DNA of 64,000 bases from contig JAUZOO010000002.1 of assembly GCA_030706405.1 (NCBI GenBank), positions 385,167 through 449,166 on the forward strand, in the 5' to 3' direction. This stretch comes from Bacteroidota bacterium (GTDB lineage: Bacteria > Bacteroidota > Bacteroidia > Bacteroidales > JAAUTT01). The position numbers and the translations under genes were made by a program. The notes under the pieces were generated by a model, which was not told where the DNA came from, ran no database searches, and saw only the letters and a list, made by a program, of their open reading frames with translations. This document shows positions 1 through 9,202 of this stretch, piece by piece. Each line of letters opens with the position of its first letter. Positions within the stretch are counted from its first letter, which is position 1.

Positions 1-486
1 AAAATGGTTGGAGATGTACTTGCCCGCAAACTAAATAAAAATGCGAAAGTAATTTTAATTGAAGGTCTTCAGGTTGCAGAAAATGCACAACAGCGCAAAC
101 AAGGCTTTTTACAATCCATTGCCGAAAATCATCTTTGTTTGGTCGCTTCTGATGCCGCCGATTGGGAAACCAATAAAGCCGAACAGGTATTCTCAAGGTT
201 ATTTGCACTGTATCCCGACATCGATGGCGTAATGTGCAGCAACGATGCCATGGCTATTGGAGTTATCAATGTTTTGGAACAAAAAGGAAAAGCCGGAAAA
301 ATTCAGGTTGTTGGTTTCGATAACGACGCATCTGTTCAGCCTTTATTAAAATCAGGAGCAATGCTGGCTACTATTGATGCCTTTGGTTCCCAGATGGCCG
401 TTCAGGGTATCGAGTATGCAATAAAAGTATTAAACGGCATGGAAAACAAAGGCTCATACAGCACAGATTTTAAACTGATTCAATAA
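1..486 (+). CDS. Periplasmic sugar-binding protein (RbsB-like type I periplasmic binding fold), C-terminal part; the 5' end lies outside the window
   Basis: The frame is open from nt 1. The C-terminal sequence (GVMCSNDAMAIGVINVLEQKG, VVGFDN, ATIDAF) resembles ribose-binding proteins. Stop at 484-486. Confidence 0.6.
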   Translation, partial: KMVGDVLARKLNKNAKVILIEGLQVAENAQQRKQGFLQSIAENHLCLVASDAADWETNKAEQVFSRLFALYPDIDGVMCSNDAMAIGVINVLEQKGKAGKIQVVGFDNDASVQPLLKSGAMLATIDAFGSQMAVQGIEYAIKVLNGMENKGSYSTDFKLIQ

Positions 487-561
487 ATTGGCTGATATTT
501 TTAAAAATAAAGCCTATGCTTCAAAGCTGAATGACAGACTTCTATTTTGTAAATAAACCAC

Positions 562-569
562 TATCTTTG
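562..569 (+). promoter_or_regulatory. Candidate Bacteroidota -7 promoter box (TATCTTTG) upstream of ribB
   Basis: Matches the TAnnTTTG consensus about 40 nt upstream of the ribB ATG. Confidence 0.3.
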
Positions 570-609
570 TGGCTTGAATTTAAATAAGTAGTCAAATTAA
601 TAAACAAAT

Positions 610-1233
610 ATGTCTTTTCAATTAAACCGGGTAGAAGAAGCCATTGAAGATATCCGACAAGGTAAAATAGTTTTAGTTTTTGATGATGTAGCCCGCGAAA
701 ATGAAGGCGATTTTATTGCTGCTGCAGAATTGGTTACACCGGAAATCATCAACTTTATGGCGAAATACGGCCGGGGACTTATTTGTGTTGCTGTAACCGA
801 AAAACGGTGTAAAGAACTATCACTCGAAAGGATGGTGAAAAGCAATACCGCCCTGATGACTACCAATTTTACGGTGTCTGTCGATTTAATCGGTCATGGC
901 TGTACCACAGGCATATCAGCATCCGATAGGGCTAAAACGGTTAAAGCTCTTGCCGACAAAAATACAAAACCCGAAGATTTGGGCCGCCCGGGACATATCT
1001 TTCCGCTTATTGCACACCCTGACGGCGTAATGGGGCGCGATGGTCATACTGAAGCCTCTGTGGATTTACCTTTATTAGCCGGATTGACTCCCGCCGGAGT
1101 TTTGGTAGAAGTAATGAATGATGATGGAACAATGGCCCGTTTGGACGATTTAGTAAAAGTGGCAGAATTACATTCTATTAAACTAATATCAATTAGTCAA
1201 CTCACCAAGTACAGACAAGAACATAAACTATAG
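610..1233 (+). CDS. ribB: 3,4-dihydroxy-2-butanone 4-phosphate synthase, standalone (not fused to GTP cyclohydrolase II)
   Basis: 207 aa carrying the canonical DHBPS motifs RENEGD, TGISASDR, RPGHIFPL, GHTEA and NDDGTMAR. Confidence 0.9.
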   Translation: MSFQLNRVEEAIEDIRQGKIVLVFDDVARENEGDFIAAAELVTPEIINFMAKYGRGLICVAVTEKRCKELSLERMVKSNTALMTTNFTVSVDLIGHGCTTGISASDRAKTVKALADKNTKPEDLGRPGHIFPLIAHPDGVMGRDGHTEASVDLPLLAGLTPAGVLVEVMNDDGTMARLDDLVKVAELHSIKLISISQLTKYRQEHKL

Positions 1234-1238
1234 AAAAT

Positions 1239-2003
1239 ATGCTCCCTAATCAACGACGCGATAAGATTCTTGAGTTAATCCGGGAAGACGGCCATGCCAA
1301 AGTCATGGATTTAAGCCGGATTTTTAAAGTTACCGAGGTGACCATTCGTCAGGATTTAGAACGCCTCGAAAAAGACGGTTTTGTCAATCGTGAACACGGT
1401 GGGGCGTATCTCAAAAATATTGATCTGAACGTTCGCAACTTCAGCTTGCAGAACCAGGAAAATTTGGCCGAAAAAGTGGCTATTGCCCATAAGGCAGTCG
1501 AGTTCATTCTGGATGGAGATACAATTATTCTTGATTCAGGATCTACAACTACTGAGATTGCAAAGCTGATTAGTGGATACAGAAATCTTACAGTCATTAC
1601 CAATGCACTGAATATCGCCTTAATACTGGGAGCTCAGGCTGGAATCAATGTAATTGTAACCGGAGGCGAGTTTAAAGCGCCAACACTTTCACTCACTGGC
1701 CAAAAAGCTGCCGATTTTTTCCAGAATCTGCACGTCGATAAATTGTTTTTGGCTACAGCAGGAATAGCCTTAAAATCAGGACTTACCTATCCTGGAATTA
1801 GTGATATATGCGTAAAAAGAGCTATGATTGAATCAGCCAATGAAATCTATTTGGTTGCCGATTCTACTAAAATTGGCAAGAACTCATTTGCTAGTCTGGG
1901 AGCACTATCGTTGATAAACTACCTGATTACCGATTCTAAAATCAAATCCGAGGATATTGAATGGTTAAAGAATTACGATGTTCAATTTGTAATCGCCGAA
2001 TAG
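1239..2003 (+). CDS. DeoR family transcriptional regulator
   Basis: 254 aa with an N-terminal HTH (RRDKILELIREDGHAKVMDLSRIFKVTEVTIRQDLERLEK) and a DeoR C-terminal sugar-phosphate sensor domain (ILDSGSTT, DKLFLATAGI). Starts 5 nt after ribB. Confidence 0.85.
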   Translation: MLPNQRRDKILELIREDGHAKVMDLSRIFKVTEVTIRQDLERLEKDGFVNREHGGAYLKNIDLNVRNFSLQNQENLAEKVAIAHKAVEFILDGDTIILDSGSTTTEIAKLISGYRNLTVITNALNIALILGAQAGINVIVTGGEFKAPTLSLTGQKAADFFQNLHVDKLFLATAGIALKSGLTYPGISDICVKRAMIESANEIYLVADSTKIGKNSFASLGALSLINYLITDSKIKSEDIEWLKNYDVQFVIAE

Positions 2004-2044
2004 ATATACCTGTAAACTATATAGAACTATTCGCGCAATAAATA

Positions 2045-3373
2045 TTACATTGTAGTTAATTCAATTACGGTAATTTCGGGATCCATACCAACCCTTCCTG
2101 GATAACCAATATATCCAAGCCCCCGGTTTACATATAAAAACTGCTTATTTTCACGATAAAGCCCAGCCCATCGTGGAAATTTATATTGAGCAGGACTCCA
2201 TCGGAATCCGTCAAAATGAATTCCGAACTGCATTCCATGAGTATGCCCTGAAAGCGTTAGATCCACATCGGTTTTGCCCATAATTTTTGCTTCCCAGTGG
2301 TTAGGATCGTGAGATAGAAGGATTTTAAAAGGAATATCCAATACATTTTTTGATGCTTTTTCATAGTCTGCATATTGAGGAAAAGGCGGATGTCCCCAAT
2401 TTTCAACTCCGATAATAGCTAAACGTTGTCCATCTTTTTCTAAAATAGAAGACTGATTGTTAAGTAATTGAAATCCTAGTTTAGCTTGAGCATCTTTTAT
2501 CTTTTGGAGGTTTTCGGCCTTATCTCGTTCCGATGTCCAATGATAGTAATTTCCGTAATCATGATTCCCAAGGATTGAATATTTTCCTGTTTTAGCCTTC
2601 ATCTTCGCGAGAATAGGTAGCCAACCTTCCAGTTCATCGTAAAAATTATTAACTAAATCGCCTGTAAAAAAAATAATATCAGGATTTTGTGAATTAATCA
2701 TATCAATAGCCTCGGCAACACGCGATTTAAAACCATTAAAACTCCCGATATGAATATCCGATATTTGAACAATCCGTAAGCCGTTAAAAGCCTCTGGCAA
2801 ATTAGGAAAGGCTAATTTGACCCTGTCAATCTTGAAGTTAAACCGCCCCTTTGCAATTCCCCACGCAAACGAGGCAAAAGGTACAGAAGCCAGTATTAAA
2901 CCGGTTTTTGAAAGAAATGTTGATCGGCTGATGTTTTTTCCACGGTTTAATAAAACATTTTTAGGTTTTCGGAGTTTTTTAATTGTCCACACACAACCAA
3001 AGATAATATCTTCGATAAGATGGAATATAACAAACAGAATTTTAGGCATATAAATCACTACGAAAGCGCCAAATAAATAATAATACCAGTTAAAAACGGC
3101 TACATTACGGGTGGTTGAGCGGAATGAATAACCGCCAAATACGCACAGGAGCATTATTCCGGTAACAATCCAGAAAATCGAATAGATAATTTTTTTTGTT
3201 CGGGACGAACTATTGGATAACAATAACTTTATTCCTTTAAATGTATAAATATCAATGAAAAGGATTATGGCAAAGATGATTAGAAATATCATATTATAAA
3301 TTTTATTAATCAGTAAAACAACACTATTTACTTTAAAGTCCGTAATATCGGGCTGACAAGCTTTAAAAGTCAT
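2045..3373 (-). CDS. Membrane-anchored metallophosphoesterase (calcineurin-like)
   Basis: 442 aa with N-terminal TM helices followed by the motifs SDIHIG, GDLVNN, GNHDYG, SHDP and GHTHG. The true start could be an internal Met. Confidence 0.8.
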   Translation of the reverse strand: MTFKACQPDITDFKVNSVVLLINKIYNMIFLIIFAIILFIDIYTFKGIKLLLSNSSSRTKKIIYSIFWIVTGIMLLCVFGGYSFRSTTRNVAVFNWYYYLFGAFVVIYMPKILFVIFHLIEDIIFGCVWTIKKLRKPKNVLLNRGKNISRSTFLSKTGLILASVPFASFAWGIAKGRFNFKIDRVKLAFPNLPEAFNGLRIVQISDIHIGSFNGFKSRVAEAIDMINSQNPDIIFFTGDLVNNFYDELEGWLPILAKMKAKTGKYSILGNHDYGNYYHWTSERDKAENLQKIKDAQAKLGFQLLNNQSSILEKDGQRLAIIGVENWGHPPFPQYADYEKASKNVLDIPFKILLSHDPNHWEAKIMGKTDVDLTLSGHTHGMQFGIHFDGFRWSPAQYKFPRWAGLYRENKQFLYVNRGLGYIGYPGRVGMDPEITVIELTTM

Positions 3374-3478
3374 TCAATTTACTATTTTTACGTCTTATAA
3401 AACCCAAAAAAGTTGTAAAATTTGAGTGCTTGCTAAATTCAGGCAAGGCTCTTTATTTCTTAACTAAAAAATTAAATT

Positions 3479-4096
3479 ATGAGATCGAAAAGTTTATTGG
3501 TTGCATGCTTCATTTTATGTAGCATTAGTACTTTTTCGCAAGTTAAATTCGGAATCAGGGCGGGGATTAGCTCTTCGTCAATTAAGGCCAGTGATGTTAC
3601 TCAGGGCAATTATACGATTAGTACGTTGTCTAATACCAAAGTTGGCTTTCATGGAGGGTTGTTTGCACAAATATCGATGTTAGGAGTAGGCCTTCAGCCT
3701 GAATTACTGTTGTCTTCTACCGGAGGCGAAGTTGAAATAAAAAGTGCTACTACGTCAACAATTTCTACACAAAAGTTTACCAAACTCGATATTCCTGTTC
3801 TTCTTTTTAAGAGATTTGGTCCGGCACGTATTGAAGTTGGACCGGTTGCCAGTATTGTTTTGAGTAAACCTTCGGATGTACTGAATGTTTCCGGAACCAA
3901 TATTCAAAATGAATATAACAGCGCCACCTTTGGCTATCAGGCTGGGTTAGGGCTCGATATTCTTAAATTTGCTTTTGATCTGAAATACGAAGGGAATCTC
4001 AGCAAACTGGGCAGTTCGGTAAATATTGGCGGACAATCATATAATTTTGATTCGCGTAACCATCAGATAATCTTTAGTGTTGGTTACTTTTTCTAA
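3479..4096 (+). CDS. Small outer-membrane beta-barrel protein (porin-family-like)
   Basis: 205 aa with a signal peptide (CSISTFSQ), alternating beta-strand pattern and a C-terminal aromatic residue (GYFF). Confidence 0.6.
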   Translation: MRSKSLLVACFILCSISTFSQVKFGIRAGISSSSIKASDVTQGNYTISTLSNTKVGFHGGLFAQISMLGVGLQPELLLSSTGGEVEIKSATTSTISTQKFTKLDIPVLLFKRFGPARIEVGPVASIVLSKPSDVLNVSGTNIQNEYNSATFGYQAGLGLDILKFAFDLKYEGNLSKLGSSVNIGGQSYNFDSRNHQIIFSVGYFF

Positions 4097-4098
4097 AT

Positions 4099-4135
4099 AG
4101 AAATGGGCATCGTAATAGAAACGATGCCCATTTCT
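4099..4135. terminator. Bidirectional rho-independent terminator between convergent genes
   Basis: Perfect hairpin agaaatgggcatcgt / acgatgcccatttct with flanking A/T runs. Confidence 0.6.
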
Positions 4136-4622
4136 ATTTCATAATAAGCTTTAGTATCCTTGCCAGCTCTTTTGCATCCACTTCATCAAACGAATTGTAG
4201 TCTTTACTATCTATATCCAGAACGCCAATTAGGTTCCCCGTCGTATCATATAGGGGAACCACTACTTCCGATTTTGAACGGGAATCACAGGCAATATGCC
4301 CCGGAAACTGATGAACATCAGGAACTACAATTGCTTCCTTCTGATTAATGGCTGCCCAGCAAACACCTTTATCTTTAGCTAATTCCTGACAAGCTACGGG
4401 TCCCTGATAGGGCCCAACTAGCAATCTACCATCGTTAAGCAGATAAAATCCGATCCAAAAGAAACACTCCATCTTATGATGTAAAACGGCAATTACGGTT
4501 GCCATACGCGAAATCGGGTTGTCGCTTTTAGGAACAAGTTCTTCTAATTGTCTATAAATACGGCTATAGCGGCCTTGTTTTTTATTTTCGTCCATCGTTT
4601 TAAACATTTTTCGAATTAACAT
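4134..4622 (-). CDS. GAF domain protein, free methionine-(R)-sulfoxide reductase-like (YebR/MsrC type)
   Basis: 162 aa. The single-GAF architecture and the motifs WIGFY, GPYQG, ACQ, GVCWAA and GHIACDS are typical of fRMsr. The true start may be the internal MDENKK. Confidence 0.7.
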   Translation of the reverse strand: MLIRKMFKTMDENKKQGRYSRIYRQLEELVPKSDNPISRMATVIAVLHHKMECFFWIGFYLLNDGRLLVGPYQGPVACQELAKDKGVCWAAINQKEAIVVPDVHQFPGHIACDSRSKSEVVVPLYDTTGNLIGVLDIDSKDYNSFDEVDAKELARILKLIMK

Positions 4623-4695
4623 ATTTTAAACCAAAGCCCAATAAAGGTTTAACTAAAATTTTAAGATTAAAACTACCAGTAAAACAATATTGTAT

Positions 4696-4703
4696 TACTT
4701 TTG
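4696..4703 (+). promoter_or_regulatory. Candidate -7 promoter box (TACTTTTG) for prfC
   Basis: Matches TAnnTTTG 23 nt upstream of the prfC ATG. Confidence 0.35.
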
Positions 4704-4725
4704 CCAACCGTAATTTAGAGGAATA

Positions 4726-6303
4726 ATGGATTTCAATCAGGAAATAAAAAGACGTAGAACATTTGCGATTATCAGCCACCCCGATGCCGGGAAAACTACC
4801 TTAACAGAAAAACTTTTGTTATTTGGTGGAGCTATTCATGTGGCCGGAGCTGTTAAATCGAACAAAATTAAAAAAACGGCTACTTCCGACTTCATGGAAA
4901 TCGAAAAGCAACGAGGAATTTCCGTGGCTACTTCGGTAATGGGGTTTGAATATAAAGACGTAAAAATTAATATTCTTGATACGCCGGGTCACCAGGATTT
5001 TGCCGAGGATACCTATCGTACGCTTACAGCTGTTGACAGTGTTATTATTGTAGTTGACTGCGCTAAAGGGGTTGAAGCTCAAACTCGTAAGTTAATGGAA
5101 GTTTGCCGTATGCGTAATACGCCGGTAATGGTTTTCATTAATAAGCTCGACCGCAATGGTAAAGACCCATTTGACCTTCTCGATGAGATTGAAGATGAAC
5201 TTAAAATAAAAGTCCGTCCGTTAGCTTGGCCTATTAGTATGGGTACAACCTTTAAGGGAGTTTACAATCTTTATGAACGTAATCTTCAGCTTTTTACCGA
5301 AGTTGAAAAACAAACTATCGGCGATTCTGTTGAAATTAAAGATATAAACAGCGGTGAACTCGAAAATTATGTAGGTGAATATGCTGATAAACTCCGCGAA
5401 GACCTTGAACTGGTTGAAGGGGTTTATCCCGACTTCAATATCGATGATTATTTGAAAGCAAAAGTAGCCCCGGTATTTTTTGGCAGTGCTCTCAATAACT
5501 TTGGTATTCGAGAACTGCTTAACTGTTTTATAGAGATTGCACCAACTCCAAAACATTTTTCTACAGATGAGCGGGTTATTGAGCCCAATGAGCCCAAATT
5601 CAGTGGCTTCATCTTTAAAATTCATGCTAACATGGACCCGAACCATCGCGACAGAATTGCTTTTTTACGGATTGTTTCCGGGACATTTGAACGAAACAAA
5701 AACTATTTACACGTTAGACACAAAAAGCAACTCAAATTTTCAAACCCGACCTCGTTTATGGCCGACAAAAAGTCGATTATTGACGAAGCCTTTCCAGGCG
5801 ACATCGTTGGTCTTCATGACACCGGTAACTTTAAAATTGGTGATACTTTAACTGATGGGGAGCTTATTAATTTTAAAGGAATTCCAAGCTTTTCTCCTGA
5901 ACTTTTCCGTTATGTTGAAAATGCCGACCCGATGAAATACAAGCAATTAGCTAAAGGTCTCGATCAGCTGATGGACGAAGGTGTAGCTCAGTTGTTTATA
6001 AATAAATTTAACAATCGAAAGATTATTGGTACTGTCGGTGCGCTCCAGTTCGAAGTTATTCAATACCGTCTGGAACATGAGTACAGCGCTTCGTGCCGTT
6101 ACGAACCAATTCAGTTGTACAAGGCTTGCTGGATTAAAAGTGACGACAAGAAGGAGCTTGACGACTTTAAAAAACGTAAATATCAGTATATTGCTGAAGA
6201 CAAACAGGGGCGCGATGTATTCCTGGCCGATTCATCGTACAGTTTGCAAATGGCTCAGGAGAAATTCCCGAAATTAGAATTCTTTTTCACTTCAGAGTTT
6301 TAA
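4726..6303 (+). CDS. prfC: Peptide chain release factor 3
   Basis: 525 aa translational GTPase ([30 protein letters not shown]) with RF3-specific N-terminal and C-terminal regions. Confidence 0.95.
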   Translation: MDFNQEIKRRRTFAIISHPDAGKTTLTEKLLLFGGAIHVAGAVKSNKIKKTATSDFMEIEKQRGISVATSVMGFEYKDVKINILDTPGHQDFAEDTYRTLTAVDSVIIVVDCAKGVEAQTRKLMEVCRMRNTPVMVFINKLDRNGKDPFDLLDEIEDELKIKVRPLAWPISMGTTFKGVYNLYERNLQLFTEVEKQTIGDSVEIKDINSGELENYVGEYADKLREDLELVEGVYPDFNIDDYLKAKVAPVFFGSALNNFGIRELLNCFIEIAPTPKHFSTDERVIEPNEPKFSGFIFKIHANMDPNHRDRIAFLRIVSGTFERNKNYLHVRHKKQLKFSNPTSFMADKKSIIDEAFPGDIVGLHDTGNFKIGDTLTDGELINFKGIPSFSPELFRYVENADPMKYKQLAKGLDQLMDEGVAQLFINKFNNRKIIGTVGALQFEVIQYRLEHEYSASCRYEPIQLYKACWIKSDDKKELDDFKKRKYQYIAEDKQGRDVFLADSSYSLQMAQEKFPKLEFFFTSEF

Positions 6304-6314
6304 CTGGTTCATAG

Positions 6315-7586
6315 TCAGTTAAAACTCCTTGATAAAGCAATAGCAGCAATAGTACCATCGGCAACTGCGGTGGTAATTTGCTGGTATTTTTTGCTGATTA
6401 CATCACCAACAGCGCAAACCCCATCTATATTGGTTTTCATATCTTCGTCGGTGCTTATGTAACCCCATTTATCGAGTTGCAAGACATCTGCAAACAAATC
6501 AATATTAGGCATCATACCTACGAATACAAAAATCCCATCTGAGTCTAACTGATGTAACTGTCTGGTTTTTAAATCTTCGTAAGTTATAAGCATTTTATTT
6601 CCAACTTTTTCAAACTTTCGGGGTTCGCTTTCCAAAATGAGCTCAATCTTTGGGTTATTAAGCAGTTTCTCCTGAGCTTCTTTATTGGCTGTAAGTCTGT
6701 CAAACTGATGAATAAGCGTAATTTTTGATGCAAATTTGGAAATAAATTCAGATTCTTCAACAGCTGTGTTTCCACCACCAATAACAATAACTTCCTTATC
6801 CTGAAAATATTTAGCGTCACATATTGAACAATAGGAAATTCCTTTGCCTTTGAATTCCTTTTCTCCGGGAATGCCAAGGGGGCGGGGAGAAGCTCCTGTT
6901 GAAATTACAATGCGTTTAGTTTTTATAGTTTCAAATTCATCTATAACAATCTCTTTATCAAATAAATTTACAGATGTTACATCCACTGCTACTTTAAACG
7001 AAACTCCGGCTTTTTTTGCTTGTTCTGACATGTAATGCGACAGCATATATCCGTTAACAGGTTCGACAAAACCCGGATAATTTGATATTTGGTGCGTAAC
7101 CGAAACCTGTCCGCCAGGAAGTTGAGGGTCAATCAAAACCGTTGACAATTTGGCCTGAGCAAGATATATTGAGGCGGTTAATCCTCCGGGGCCTCCGCCT
7201 AAAACGGCCACATCATACTCGTTAACTGTCGGTTTTATACTCTCCTTTATCTTTTTTACGCGTTCTTGGGGCAATAAAGAATCAAGATTTTTTATCAAAT
7301 CTTTTCGTTTGATGCCTCCTGTTAATATTTCTCCCACACGTTGTCCCTTTTGGAAAAACAGAACGGTCGGAGAGCTGGATACACCAAGACTTGTGGCTAA
7401 TTCCCGGTTTTCCTGACGGAATATTTTAATAAATTTAATATCATTGCCATAAAGTTGTCCGAGCGATTCAAATTTAGGAGCTAAAGCCTCGCATGGCGGA
7501 CATTCTGTTGAGTAAAAATCGAGGGCTACCAAATCGCTGTTTAATACTTGCTGTTCGAACTCCGAAGCTTTAATTTCTTTCATCAT
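6315..7586 (-). CDS. Thioredoxin-domain / thioredoxin-reductase-like flavoprotein fusion
   Basis: 423 aa. N-terminal Trx fold with CPPC. C-terminal FAD/NAD(P) oxidoreductase with GGGPGGLTA, redox-active CSIC, and GGGNTAVEE. Last gene of the ArsR-headed operon. Confidence 0.8.
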   Translation of the reverse strand: MMKEIKASEFEQQVLNSDLVALDFYSTECPPCEALAPKFESLGQLYGNDIKFIKIFRQENRELATSLGVSSSPTVLFFQKGQRVGEILTGGIKRKDLIKNLDSLLPQERVKKIKESIKPTVNEYDVAVLGGGPGGLTASIYLAQAKLSTVLIDPQLPGGQVSVTHQISNYPGFVEPVNGYMLSHYMSEQAKKAGVSFKVAVDVTSVNLFDKEIVIDEFETIKTKRIVISTGASPRPLGIPGEKEFKGKGISYCSICDAKYFQDKEVIVIGGGNTAVEESEFISKFASKITLIHQFDRLTANKEAQEKLLNNPKIELILESEPRKFEKVGNKMLITYEDLKTRQLHQLDSDGIFVFVGMMPNIDLFADVLQLDKWGYISTDEDMKTNIDGVCAVGDVISKKYQQITTAVADGTIAAIALSRSFN

Positions 7587-7686
7587 GTATTAATTTTTAA
7601 TTTCAGCTTTACTGATAAACAAATTCGTAAATTATTTTTTATTATGATTATATTTAATATATAACCAGATATTTAAACTATTTTAT

Positions 7687-8991
7687 CTATAAATTTTGAT
7701 AAAGGCTAATTCCCAGTCTCATCAAATCTTTAGCCGGACGACAATCGGGAGCTTGAACATATCCATGTTGATTTTTTGCTACCGAACCGCATCCTCCGCC
7801 GCAAGCCAACTGCAAAGAACAATTGGCGCACTCTTTGATCGATAGAACATCACGTTCTTCCCAGTCGCAAACCTTTTTGTTATCCATTGAAATTGAAGGA
7901 TAATACGTACCTAAACGTTCTTCACTTTTACCAACTGTAGCCGTACATGGATAGATTGCACCCGTATAGTCAAAGGCCCATTCGGTTTTACATGCCGGAC
8001 ATGCATCAAACAAAGGATCGGGCAATTCCCCGTGTTCAAATAAAAACTTTGAAATGGAAAATGCTGGCTTATGAAAATCAAGTATTTCAGGATATTTTTT
8101 AATTAAACCATATAAATCCTTATATAATTCAAGGCGGGAGTAAAGCTTCATGTTTGCTTTCTGACAATGATGAAGCTCGTAATTGCGGCCAAGTTGCGTT
8201 TTAAAATAAGCCGATGATGTCCAGCCCTTATCTCGTGCGTATCGAGCTAAACCGGGCAGATTTTCAATATTTTCACGATCAATTACCATTCGAAGATTTA
8301 CCGGAATATGATTAGCTAATAAAGCATCAACTCCGTCGGAAATCTGTTGAAACGTGGCAGACTTATCTCGAAGAAACCGACGTTTATTATGAACTTCAGC
8401 CGTTCCATCGAGGGTAACCTGTACTTCACGAATTTGTCCTAACTTTAATATATCTATGTAATTCAATGTATTATAACCGTTTGTTACCAGTGCGATATCA
8501 ATTTTTCGCAAAGTGGCCTCCGAAATCAGATAACGGATGATTTCCTTGTGAAGACCTCCTGTAAGTAAAGGTTCACCTCCAAAAATCGTAATGTACTTGC
8601 GTTTATCAGCTAGTTTTTCACCTAAATAGATAAAAAAAGCATCGATTATATCGGTTGTTATTTGCGAAGGAGGGGATTGATACTCGTCCTGATAACAATA
8701 ACTGCAGGCAAAATTACAGGAATACCAAGGTACAAAGAACACTTGAACTTCGTCACTTTCACGATTATCTATAAAATCGAGGTATTTTTTAGTATATATA
8801 TGTTTTTCATGTTCATAATCAGACAAATATCCTTTTTCAATTAATTCATCTGTATCGGTAAAGTTCCCCGATTGAAATTCTTCATACTTTCTTTGGCCAA
8901 TAATATCGGCATTACCACTTAATAAGTTGACAATGAAGTAATCTTCCGAATCATTTAGCCCGGAGATAATGTTATGTTTGGATGGAAGCAT
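7687..8991 (-). CDS. Radical SAM enzyme with a C-terminal SPASM domain (peptide-maturase type) and an ~85-aa N-terminal extension
   Basis: 434 aa. CNFACSYC is the CX3CX2C motif at residues 92-99. The C-terminus has CKTEWAFDYTGAIYPC (CX9GX4C) and CANCSLQLACGGGC (CX2CX5CX3C), the exact SPASM signature. Confidence 0.9.
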   Translation of the reverse strand: MLPSKHNIISGLNDSEDYFIVNLLSGNADIIGQRKYEEFQSGNFTDTDELIEKGYLSDYEHEKHIYTKKYLDFIDNRESDEVQVFFVPWYSCNFACSYCYQDEYQSPPSQITTDIIDAFFIYLGEKLADKRKYITIFGGEPLLTGGLHKEIIRYLISEATLRKIDIALVTNGYNTLNYIDILKLGQIREVQVTLDGTAEVHNKRRFLRDKSATFQQISDGVDALLANHIPVNLRMVIDRENIENLPGLARYARDKGWTSSAYFKTQLGRNYELHHCQKANMKLYSRLELYKDLYGLIKKYPEILDFHKPAFSISKFLFEHGELPDPLFDACPACKTEWAFDYTGAIYPCTATVGKSEERLGTYYPSISMDNKKVCDWEERDVLSIKECANCSLQLACGGGCGSVAKNQHGYVQAPDCRPAKDLMRLGISLYQNL

Positions 8992-9055
8992 AGGTGAGAT
9001 TTTTGATTAACCGCAGAGCCCGATATAACCCGGGAACTCCGCAGTTAAAATGAAT

Positions 9056-9154
9056 TTAATCGTGGCAGCCGACAACGTTTTTCGAAATTTTTGCACAACA
9101 TTGCGCTTGCCTGTTCTCCGTTTTTTGATCTTTTTTCTTGATTAAAGATTTCAT
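9056..9154 (-). CDS. Unannotated 32-aa Cys-containing peptide (MKSLIKKKDQKTENRQAQCCAKISKNVVGCHD); candidate precursor or substrate of the adjacent radical SAM/SPASM enzyme
   Basis: ATG at 9154 and TAA at 9056-9058 on the minus strand. It sits 64 nt upstream of the rSAM start and 48 nt downstream of the thioredoxin stop, on the same strand, behind an AT-rich initiation region. Lys-rich N-half and a CC-X11-C-H C-half. Below the 60-aa ORF-track threshold. Confidence 0.5.
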   Translation of the reverse strand: MKSLIKKKDQKTENRQAQCCAKISKNVVGCHD

Positions 9155-9202
9155 AATTAACTAATTTATAAAATATTGAAGATAGTGATTAAATTTCTGA
9201 TT

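Noticed and set aside
487-609. Possible FMN riboswitch upstream of ribB.
   Set aside because: The 123-nt AT-rich leader lacks the conserved GC-rich RFN stems and is too short for the element.
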